From Promethearchaeum syntrophicum (GTDB taxonomy: Archaea > Asgardarchaeota > Lokiarchaeia > Sigyniarchaeales > Promethearchaeaceae), in the NCBI RefSeq assembly GCF_008000775.2, contig NZ_CP042905.2, forward strand, positions 1,050,001 to 1,082,000: a DNA stretch of 32,000 nt, read 5' to 3'. A model generated the notes under the pieces. That model was not told the origin of the DNA. It worked only from the letters and a program-made list of their open reading frames with translations, and searched no databases. The position numbers were made by a program, and so were the translations under genes. Shown here in pieces: positions 10,301 through 17,745 of the stretch (the first letter of the stretch is position 1; each line of letters opens with the position of its first letter).

Positions 10301-10771
10301 GAAGATCATAAAATTTTCCCACTGGTTAAATCGAATAAATCTGAGTTAATTTTTAACAAAATACTAGGCTCTATTGGAAAACATGATGTCAAATTAGTTC
10401 AAAAAGAATTCTCACTTGACAATAACAAGGGTGAAGCATATTTCTATGGAGTAACCAAAGTGAAGAAGGATAAAATGATAATTCATTTAATATTGGATTC
10501 AAATCATCAAATTATTGAAATATCCGTGAATGGCGATGAACAAGAACCTATTACAGGGCTGCTTGCTGAACTTGAAAGCGAAATTCGCGATAAATTGCTT
10601 GTTCATAATATCATTGAAGATTCTGATAAATTCCATGATATTAATACATCAATTCTTTTGGGGAATTGTCCTTTTTGTAACGGTCCCATTTCACAAAGTA
10701 ATATTGCATTTTTCAAGAAAGGAGAAACGATATCATGCAAATATTGTGATACTACTTTAAGTCCCTATTAA
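7370..10771 (+). CDS. Large multidomain membrane protein: signal peptide, NosD/CASH-like right-handed beta-helix, TM segments, TPR-like region, beta-sandwich-like region, C-terminal zinc ribbon
   Basis: N-term hydrophobic leader LITLIILGICIILISSIETHA; beta-helix repeats (TDGLSWETAFKIENYSI...IQNNCSHNDWGFTLLRSENNTLFNNTALYNEHDGIRI...); TM runs near residues 400-430 and two further hydrophobic blocks; ENNFSQAKKQYSKSITLIEG; KIRLKVGIVNHSDNVLTNLALRFDLPDALKW; CPFCNGPISQ...ISCKYCDTTL. Confidence 0.8.
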   Translation: MRNGNKNRTLSQITLIILGICIILISSIETHASYNNPAQNQEKNIEIKAATFLISHDPIRIDGNNALESFCAGNGTDGLSWETAFKIENYSIISGEESGISINNTDRFLIINNCSIENFWDTNYGATDNGIKILNCSNIKITDCSLTNNTLGIFLDSSTDITLIQNNCSHNDWGFTLLRSENNTLFNNTALYNEHDGIRICEGDYNNITSNVANFNYQNGINIASHFPHIGYAHSYGNSIVNNLLMQNQDDGIQIEYSDSNSVLNNFVFNNGNSGISLQDSSQNILSLNVIDRNNNEGIEIEDGSNWNLITKNKISNNSYGIMISLSSYNTIGENLIVNHSHNGILIFHMFEDHLEQNIYGNTFENNSGNIAYIQVSSGRYEPPYEYIGLAVLIIGIVIFPLIYRKKIKKNLIESDSKLIYKILKIALWISIVFTMAILIFVSYGAPIFLVDIPILIIVLLVLNRKKITKRRKKFIAEREIKKSEQKIAKANKSKEAIEEKNEKPIKSKKKSLKSSKILIKNMNRKDSKLINKILRVFLWFVMVCLFILLSIFTLGIFDIIVIIILIIYNKKTKYYFNNLRSNKFIKRGQKRTIKAINYAKMHYYKKSRYYWLRSERNYHRALRIIPDFHKIDFLEKKIISIKQNTLATYLSEGIVLSKIAWFQFQENNFSQAKKQYSKSITLIEGVLKNIDTDYVFNQKVEFPITASLIFEILQFLRKNTEQIKNKANYKNKSKVFIKSSDIQEINEKIVKSLKETNESLWIYCQSLDSYEDLINLEGLSNLLENKLTKSEKMLLSAQDQMQYLLAYMQRSTNRFERKGIETKSIAMNKNRTSEQERFENKHLNIIREYEYIGGKIRLKVGIVNHSDNVLTNLALRFDLPDALKWIIHEPNLKRRGDTIHIARLGGNEKIAISLYLEPINCLESMINATLTYFDSKDQPQAVIMTPKKVSISCPIFFTREEANIARVKKIQLQLKYEDHKIFPLVKSNKSELIFNKILGSIGKHDVKLVQKEFSLDNNKGEAYFYGVTKVKKDKMIIHLILDSNHQIIEISVNGDEQEPITGLLAELESEIRDKLLVHNIIEDSDKFHDINTSILLGNCPFCNGPISQSNIAFFKKGETISCKYCDTTLSPY

Positions 10772-10848
10772 AATTGTGAAAATGGGAAGATATTACAAGC
10801 TCGTTTCTTTTATTTTTTTATTTTTACTTTTACTTAGATCCTAATCAG

Positions 10849-11481
10849 TTATAGCAAATTAATAAAATTGTTCAGCAAAATGGTTCCATCTTTAAACGTT
10901 AATGGATCATCGGGGTATTCTGGATGAAACTGGACTCCGAATATTTGTTGAGATTTATGTTTAATTATTTGAATTTTACAAGATGGGCTGGAAGCATATA
11001 TAGTGAAGATTTCTAAAAATTTTGGAACGAATTTGATTTCTTCAAAATGACTTTCGTACACATGGATTTGATCCGTTGGGAATAATTCAAAATTGGGATT
11101 GATATTTAGAAATAAAGATTTTTCATTTTCAATATTCGTATCTGTATTATTAATTGCTATGATTTCAAAACCAAAGGCACATGCGATTAAATGTATACCA
11201 AAACATATACCTAATATTGGTTTTTCATATTCCCTAATGATTTTCTTTTCCGTTTGATATTTTTCAATTATTTTTTTATCAGATAACATTTGATATGAAC
11301 CTGTTAAAAGTAAACCATCCATTTTTTTCAAAATATCGTGTGTTTCATGGTTGTTTAATTGTGAGTAGTGTATATATTCCCAAATTAATTGTTCTTCACA
11401 ATTTTTAAAGGAATTGTTAAACCTTTCTTTGAATTTATCGATTTCTTTATCAAAATTAATTATTATTCCAAGATTTTTCAT
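10849..11481 (-). CDS. Class I glutamine amidotransferase-like protein
   Basis: Nucleophile elbow KPILGICFGIHLIACAFG and HPE motif IFGVQFHPEYPDDP, i.e. intact Cys/His/Glu triad pattern. Confidence 0.85.
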   Translation of the reverse strand: MKNLGIIINFDKEIDKFKERFNNSFKNCEEQLIWEYIHYSQLNNHETHDILKKMDGLLLTGSYQMLSDKKIIEKYQTEKKIIREYEKPILGICFGIHLIACAFGFEIIAINNTDTNIENEKSLFLNINPNFELFPTDQIHVYESHFEEIKFVPKFLEIFTIYASSPSCKIQIIKHKSQQIFGVQFHPEYPDDPLTFKDGTILLNNFINLL

Positions 11482-11607
11482 TAAACTATTGAAAGAAAAA
11501 TGCGACCCAATTTGAGATTTTCCAATATTTAAGACCAGAAAAAAAAAGGAAAAAAAAAGGTAAGGTATGAAAAGATGAGAGAAGATGAGATAAGAAAAAA
11601 AAATAAA

Positions 11608-12267
11608 TTATGCAGAAATTGGTAAATTGTTTACTTGATTGAATTTTCTACCACAATGTTCACAAAATGTATATTTGTTCTCTGTTAACATAGCTTTCAT
11701 TTTTGGTGTGAATTCTTCTCCACAATCTGTGCAGAAAAACTTTACTTCATTGTGGGATGAAGTTTTTGGGTGAGAAACAATCATTGTTCTTGAATTTAAT
11801 TCCTCAGATCTAGAAGTATATTCAGGTTGATTTACCCGAACTGTCTTCATTTCTTTAGGTCTTGTGACAACATATTTTCGAGGTTGATGATGATGCTGAT
11901 GATGATAATGATAGATTTTTTTATGCGTCTCTTCTTTGAACAATTTAGGATAGAATACATGAACAATTTGTTTTAAATTTGAAAGATAATTATCAACAAT
12001 TGTTGCTATGTCTTCTCCCCTTGAAATCAGTCCAATGGGCGCAGTTATAAATACAACAATTAATGTATAGAACATAATTGATAATCCCATAAAGGTTGCT
12101 TTCAAAATTTCAATAGTCAACAGGAAGGTTAATTTTAAAATTTCAAATGTAAACCAAATTGACAAAATCGTTATAACAATTGCAAGAATTAAACCAATAA
12201 TTCTTGTTTCTAAACCACCGCTTAAAAACCAGTTTTCAAGCGTATTCCATGAGTAATCGAGTATCAT
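11608..12267 (-). CDS. Membrane protein with His-rich linker and C-terminal zinc ribbon
   Basis: Two or three hydrophobic helices at N-term (IIGLILAIVITILSIWFTFEILKLTFL..., YTLIVVFITAPIGLI), then YHYHHQHHHQPRK, then FFCTDCGEEFTPKMKAMLTENKYTFCEHCGRKF. Confidence 0.72.
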   Translation of the reverse strand: MILDYSWNTLENWFLSGGLETRIIGLILAIVITILSIWFTFEILKLTFLLTIEILKATFMGLSIMFYTLIVVFITAPIGLISRGEDIATIVDNYLSNLKQIVHVFYPKLFKEETHKKIYHYHHQHHHQPRKYVVTRPKEMKTVRVNQPEYTSRSEELNSRTMIVSHPKTSSHNEVKFFCTDCGEEFTPKMKAMLTENKYTFCEHCGRKFNQVNNLPISA

Positions 12268-12497
12268 TTTTTTTTCACGTTATTTTTTATTAACTTAATT
12301 TAATCAAATAAGATAGCATTATTGAAATTATTAGGAGCCACTTTTTATCACCAGAATTTTTTATAATAAAAACTTGAAAACGAATACCATGAAGAATGCG
12401 AATCAGGTTTACTTCATTTAAAGATTTACTCGTCATAATTTGAATAAAAAAGATTAAAAATAAGAAAAAAAGGGAGATAAAAGGAAAAATTGTGTTA

Positions 12498-14531
12498 CTA
12501 TCCTTTTATCAAGGAGAATTCGTAATCAGCTAACCCAATTGTAGGACTAACTAATAGATAACAAAATTCTTCTGGTTCGACGAATCCCGCTAGATCAATT
12601 GGTGATTCTAATGCATTTTCTAGTTCACTCAATGTGAAATATATAATATCATGGTATTCCATCCCAAGGTCCGTTTCAACAGCTGTGATCATAGTGACAT
12701 AAAAATCAGTTTCAGCAGGTGGTGGTACTATGAAAGAAATAAGTCCATCCGCATCGTCGATTATTTCACCATTAAGTGCTATGTTATCCACCCACCAACC
12801 TGGATCTTCGTATCCCCAATCAGTCATATAACGGAATTGTAATTGAACCACTTGACCAGCATATGCAGAAAGGTCAAAACCCATGTTGATCCAACCTAGT
12901 GAATCACCACACAATCCAGGTAATTCTTCAGCGATGGCAGGATAACCTTCGTCCTCGATATCATAAGTCGTATATTCATTTGCTAAAGATGTCCAAGTAG
13001 TACCATAATCAGTGGAAATTTGCACAAATCCATAGTCCCAATTTGGTTCAATAATATATTTAGTGTCGAAACTAAACAAAGGTGAAGCACCATAGGCTGA
13101 CAAGTTAATTTCTGTATACAATTTAATATCACTCTCTGGAGCAGACGGAGTTGAATAATATTCGAGGTCGCCATCACCATCTTCATCAACTAATTCCCAT
13201 GTTGCCAAAGTGGCATAATTATCACCATCAAAATCAAAAGTGGTTATAAAACGATCATGAATGTTGCCCAATTTAATATAATCCGTTCCATAAGAGCCAG
13301 TCATATAAAACCCTGTTTTATCTTGGAGATAACTCACTGTTTCTCCCAATTCAACCCCCGTTACTGTATCATAGGGTTTATTTATATTGTATATCCGGAG
13401 ATAATCTACTGTGTTTAAATCAAACATCTCGTAATTGTACTTTCCATCGCCTATGGAATCGGTATGGAGTAAATTCGCAATGGTCCAATCGAGATAAATG
13501 TCCTCAAATTTTTCCGTATAACCAAAATGTGATAACGTATTCTCAATCCCTGCTACATCTGGAATTCCCGCTTGCACAAAATAACTTAGAAATTCAGCTC
13601 CAAAATGATCCGCTAGATATGCTGCCCACATGAAGGCTTGTCCATAATCCGCGAGAATATTCAAACCTCCTTGATCTCCCCATTCTGTTAGTGAATTGTC
13701 GGGAGTAGCCAAAAAGGCTTCGATATCACCCCAAGGGATATTATACCCGCACAATGGTTCAGCAAACATGGAGCATCCTTCATTCATCCATGATCCATCC
13801 AAAGGGTTATAATCATCATGAATTAAATGTTGATATTCATGGGCAAGTGTAGGTGCATAAACTGTTTCTTTTCGATTAGCAAAATCAGCCGAATCAATGG
13901 ATACGATATTGCGATCAAAAGCATCTTCAAATACTCCCCAATAAAATCCAACAACATAATATGGATATTGTTGATCGTAATATCCCTCATCACGAATGTT
14001 GGAAATCAGAATTACATTACGTCCGGTGGGTTCGAGGTAGAGATCTCCTAAAATGGAATCACTTCCGTTATGGAAATTAGGTGTTCCGAAATATTCGGTA
14101 TCTTTTGGATAAATATTGCTTTCAAATTCAGCTACAAACCATTCGGCGTCTTCAGTAGTAACAACAGGTGTTTCTCGTGAATCTGGATAGCTCATATCAA
14201 TTTGTACCCAAACTTCCGAAAGGTTACCTAGTGCCATTAATTGAAACGCATCGACAATTATTCCCCCTTCAGCATTGTCATCGCTGACATACCATTCCAA
14301 GGTATCTCCTACTAAGTAATAGGAATCACCAGAAGACTGTGGTGAGATACTAAGACTTGATGTCATTGGATATTCTGATATTTTTCTAGAGCGCAGTTCG
14401 GGACCCGCATCATAGGGTTTTTGTTCGACATATTCGGTATTCGGTGAGAGTAATGAGAAACTTGTAATTCCCCCAAAAATTCCTCCTACTATGATCGTTA
14501 CCAATAATATTGGAAAATATTTCGATTTCAT
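12498..14531 (-). CDS. Secreted metalloprotease, immune inhibitor A (M6)-like, with a C-terminal MAM-like beta domain
   Basis: Leader YFPILLVTIIVGGIFGGITSFSLL; catalytic motif LAHEYQHLIHDDYNPLDGSWMNEGCSMFAE (HExxH plus downstream Glu); VQLQFRYMTDWGYEDPGWWVDNIALNG. Confidence 0.82.
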   Translation of the reverse strand: MKSKYFPILLVTIIVGGIFGGITSFSLLSPNTEYVEQKPYDAGPELRSRKISEYPMTSSLSISPQSSGDSYYLVGDTLEWYVSDDNAEGGIIVDAFQLMALGNLSEVWVQIDMSYPDSRETPVVTTEDAEWFVAEFESNIYPKDTEYFGTPNFHNGSDSILGDLYLEPTGRNVILISNIRDEGYYDQQYPYYVVGFYWGVFEDAFDRNIVSIDSADFANRKETVYAPTLAHEYQHLIHDDYNPLDGSWMNEGCSMFAEPLCGYNIPWGDIEAFLATPDNSLTEWGDQGGLNILADYGQAFMWAAYLADHFGAEFLSYFVQAGIPDVAGIENTLSHFGYTEKFEDIYLDWTIANLLHTDSIGDGKYNYEMFDLNTVDYLRIYNINKPYDTVTGVELGETVSYLQDKTGFYMTGSYGTDYIKLGNIHDRFITTFDFDGDNYATLATWELVDEDGDGDLEYYSTPSAPESDIKLYTEINLSAYGASPLFSFDTKYIIEPNWDYGFVQISTDYGTTWTSLANEYTTYDIEDEGYPAIAEELPGLCGDSLGWINMGFDLSAYAGQVVQLQFRYMTDWGYEDPGWWVDNIALNGEIIDDADGLISFIVPPPAETDFYVTMITAVETDLGMEYHDIIYFTLSELENALESPIDLAGFVEPEEFCYLLVSPTIGLADYEFSLIKG

Positions 14532-14874
14532 TTTTTTCCCCTTAATTTTTTCATATAGTTTTACCCATTTTTGTATATTATATTTAAAATCACACTATTT
14601 ATGGGTAGTTATGAGTTCTTTTTGATTTGTATATAAGAAGTCTAGAACACTTTTCCCCATTTCAAACAAACGGTTAATTATTCAAAATTTCAATTAAAAA
14701 TTCATGAAATAAAGTATCAGAGAATATATTGAAGAAGGGATTACTTAACTAGAGTAGGAAATTATATTGAAATCGTTAGAATTATTGATGAGGCTAACCT
14801 TAAGATTTTTAAATCTCAATCAGTTATTTTTATTTTCGACTTTCTGGAAAGTCTACCCACAAAATAAAAGGTTC

Positions 14875-14884
14875 TATAAAAATA
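14875..14884 (+). promoter_or_regulatory. TATA-box candidate for the MBL-fold gene (leaderless arrangement)
   Basis: CTATAAAAAT-type sequence about 24-27 nt upstream of ATG 14903, the spacing expected for a leaderless archaeal transcript. Confidence 0.4.
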
Positions 14885-14902
14885 AAATCAATCTTGGATA
14901 AA

Positions 14903-15883
14903 ATGAGAAAATTAAGCGTGAAAGGTTTAAATATTGAAGAAATCCTTCCGGAGATATTTTTTATACATCAAATTCATGCATCGGCATATTTTACGCGTTG
15001 TGATGGATTACTTATTATGCCTCAAGATAAGAGGAATTTATGTCCAATCATTATTGATTTAAACATCGAGCCTGAATATATTCAAAAATTACATTATGTT
15101 TTCAAATTAAACCAATATTCAAGAATTGATTATATATGTTCCCATGGACATATGGATCATATTGCCCATGTATATAAATGGGAAGAATTAGGTGCATTTA
15201 TACATTGTCCGTCTCCGCATCAGAATAATTTAGTAAGTCTGGATGCTTTTATAGGTGATTTCGGATTTTTGAAGGAATTAGATATAGATATTGTCAAACA
15301 TTTAGGAAAATTAAATCATTATAAACCTTGTAAAAAAAAACCTAATGTATTTCAGCCTGGTGATATTCTATTCTTTGATAACCTTAAAATTCAAACGATT
15401 CCGTTTGAAGGACATTCACTAGGGCATATTGGCTTCTTATTTTCTAAAGAGAGACTATTCCATATCAGCTGTCTCGGATTTGATCTACAAAAACCTGGCG
15501 AGGATCATTTCGGTCCTTGGTATGGATTTGAAGAATGTTCAATTGAATTGTATAAAGAGTATATAGATAATGCGGAGAAAATCTTTTTCAATTCTTCTGA
15601 TATTTTAACCTCAAGTCATTCTTATGTTGTTAGAAAAAAAAATCGTCAGCCTTTTGATTATATACGTAGGAAAATAACGCAAAATCAAATAAAAATCAAG
15701 AATGCAGTTCAAAAGTATAATGAAAAGCAAAATAAAGGCGTTCTAATAGAATATTTACTATCTTTAGATTTAATATATCCTAAGTCCAAAATGGAAGATC
15801 CTTTACGTTCTATTTTTAGGTTTTGGGAATCTTGGATGATTAAAAATCACTTAAATTCCATAACTAATTTAATAGAAGAGTAA
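14903..15883 (+). CDS. Metallo-beta-lactamase-fold hydrolase
   Basis: YICSHGHMDHIAHVYKW (HxHxDH) and IPFEGHSLGHIGF. The ORF track uses TTG at 14894; ATG at 14903 is preferred because it lies about 25 nt from a TATA-like box. Confidence 0.8.
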   Translation: MRKLSVKGLNIEEILPEIFFIHQIHASAYFTRCDGLLIMPQDKRNLCPIIIDLNIEPEYIQKLHYVFKLNQYSRIDYICSHGHMDHIAHVYKWEELGAFIHCPSPHQNNLVSLDAFIGDFGFLKELDIDIVKHLGKLNHYKPCKKKPNVFQPGDILFFDNLKIQTIPFEGHSLGHIGFLFSKERLFHISCLGFDLQKPGEDHFGPWYGFEECSIELYKEYIDNAEKIFFNSSDILTSSHSYVVRKKNRQPFDYIRRKITQNQIKIKNAVQKYNEKQNKGVLIEYLLSLDLIYPKSKMEDPLRSIFRFWESWMIKNHLNSITNLIEE

Positions 15884-15911
15884 TTTTATCATAAAAATCG
15901 AAAAAGAAAAT

Positions 15912-16007
15912 CGAGGAGGAAGTATTTATCAGCAGGCCCCACTGCATGAATTTCCTCCTCGCGGATCAGTCCACCTTCTCCGAATATATATAGATAATTT
16001 CCTCCTT
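15912..16007. ncRNA. Candidate structured RNA / regulatory element in an intergenic region, strand unresolved
   Basis: Perfect 10-bp inverted repeat CGAGGAGGAA (15912-15921) / TTCCTCCTCG (15952-15961), inner GCAG/CTGC stem (15932-15935/15942-15945), short CGGA/TCCG stem (15962-15965/15979-15982), and direct repeat AATTTCCTCCT at 15949-15959 and 15996-16006; clearly more GC-rich than its flanks. Confidence 0.4.
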
Positions 16008-16142
16008 ATAAACTTAACGCGATTTAATTCGACAAAATGTCAATCAATACATAAATTTTCTACACTTCGATTAGAAAGCTTTTTTTTATCAATTGAGTAT
16101 ATTAGTTAATTGGAGAAAAACAAACAATTAAAGTGAATTTTA

Positions 16143-16685
16143 TTGTCATCAGACCTAGAAAAGAATCAGATTATGAAGAATTTCAATTATACAAGGAAAT
16201 ATTTTAAAGATATTCATGCATTTTTTTGGTGTGAGATATGCCAGGAAATCTTATCTGTTCCCATTGATAGAAATATTATTGCAGAAAAATTAGATACAGG
16301 ACTCTACGTACACTTGTATTATCACACCAATCCTTTATATGATCCTGAAGATCCGGAAGATAAAAGTAATATTCCCCACACAAGTTTAATATATATTGAT
16401 AATAATCATGATGTTCGGGGTGTTCGGTCATTTTTCGGAACGGAAATGTCTTCTGATGAAATTAAGAAAGGCTCGAGAATTCCGATAGTAATAAAAGAGA
16501 TTCCTAAGATGGTTCTTCAACTAGGGATGTTAACTCAAGATGAATTTAATATCCTTAAATTGTGTGATGGGAATAATTCTGTTGAAAATGTTGCAGAAAT
16601 TGAAAAAAAAACCCTTAAATCAATTGAGAAATTAATTTTTAAGCTAAAAAAAAAACGGCTGATTAATATAATTACAAGAGCTTAG
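16143..16685 (+). CDS. Cys/His-motif protein with C-terminal winged-helix-like domain; function unknown
   Basis: WCEICQEILSVPIDRNIIAEKLDTGLYVHLYYHTNP and HTSLIYIDNNHDVRGVRSF, then MVLQLGMLTQDEFNILKLCDGNNSVENVAEIEKKTLKSIEKLIFKLKKKRLI. TTG start at 16143; an ATG is available at 16173. Confidence 0.6.
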   Translation: MSSDLEKNQIMKNFNYTRKYFKDIHAFFWCEICQEILSVPIDRNIIAEKLDTGLYVHLYYHTNPLYDPEDPEDKSNIPHTSLIYIDNNHDVRGVRSFFGTEMSSDEIKKGSRIPIVIKEIPKMVLQLGMLTQDEFNILKLCDGNNSVENVAEIEKKTLKSIEKLIFKLKKKRLINIITRA

Positions 16686-16719
16686 GTTAGATAATCAAAA
16701 AAAAGGTTAGTAAAGTAAT

Positions 16720-17643
16720 ATGAATTCTGAAGAAAAAAATATTGGAGATCCAATGGTATTTGATAATTCAGAAGATGATCTTGATTATAATATAGAAGAA
16801 ATTTACAAAAAGTTACAAAATATTGGCTCTTTTACAATAAATGATTCAAAAATTTATGTTACACTTTTAAAAATTGGATTGTCTAACCCTGCTGTTATTT
16901 CAGAGAAAAGTAAAGTTGATAGAGCTAGGGTTTATGATTCACTAAAAAGATTAGTAAAAAGAGGAATTGTTGAAGAAGAACCTGTGAAAAGAGCACCTCG
17001 TTACCGAGCTTTTCCTCCAGATGTAGTTTTTGGCACAATAAGAAAAAAATTGAATAACCAAATTAACCTGGCAACTTCTTTAGAAAAACAGCTAGCTCAA
17101 ATAAAAACAGAATCAACTGAAAAAAATTCCGTTTGGTCTATTCAAGGGAAGCATAAGATCAATAAGAAATTTTACGAAATTATCCAAAATGCTGAAGAAT
17201 TTTGCTTTATCTTCCTAACTTTAGACTATTCTATAAGTTCAATTAATGAATTAGAATTATTAGAAGGTGTAATAATGGAAAAACTTCGATCTAATCCTTC
17301 ACTAACCATTAAAATTGCATTAAAAATATTCCCGGAAAAAGATGATCAGAAATCAATTTTAAATAGATTATTCCATGCAAATATTGAAATTTTTCGCTGG
17401 AAACCAAAAAGTGTGCTTCCTTTTGGCTTAATTCTTACAGATTCTGAATTTATGCAAACATTCTTGAGTGGAACAGTACCAAAGCCTATGTATGAATTTG
17501 GAATTCTAATGGAAAAAGCTGGACAGGATCAGTTAATGGGATTTAAACATCTCTGCATCTGGGTTTTTTATCAATTGTGTAAAAAGTTGGTTTTTACGAA
17601 GACCCAAAGAAATATTCAAATTGAGGGCGATGATGATGAATAG
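16720..17643 (+). CDS. TrmB-family transcriptional regulator-like protein
   Basis: IGSFTINDSKIYVTLLKIGLSNPAVISEKSKVDRARVYDSLKRLVKRGIVEEEPVKRAPRYRAFPPDVVFGTIRKKLNNQI is a typical TrmB wHTH plus linker, followed by a phospholipase D-like/effector-type domain. Confidence 0.85.
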   Translation: MNSEEKNIGDPMVFDNSEDDLDYNIEEIYKKLQNIGSFTINDSKIYVTLLKIGLSNPAVISEKSKVDRARVYDSLKRLVKRGIVEEEPVKRAPRYRAFPPDVVFGTIRKKLNNQINLATSLEKQLAQIKTESTEKNSVWSIQGKHKINKKFYEIIQNAEEFCFIFLTLDYSISSINELELLEGVIMEKLRSNPSLTIKIALKIFPEKDDQKSILNRLFHANIEIFRWKPKSVLPFGLILTDSEFMQTFLSGTVPKPMYEFGILMEKAGQDQLMGFKHLCIWVFYQLCKKLVFTKTQRNIQIEGDDDE

Positions 17644-17745
17644 AAAAATAAATCTTAAATTGGATAACTCAGAAATAGGTATAAACTACCCAAAAACTTT
17701 TATATTTTTTAAAATTTAATTCAAATGGCTTAAGAGGTAAAATTA

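Noticed and set aside
11540-11600. Purine-rich GATGAG-like repeats between two genes
   Set aside because: Too short and imperfect to call a repeat array; consistent with low-complexity AT-rich intergenic DNA.
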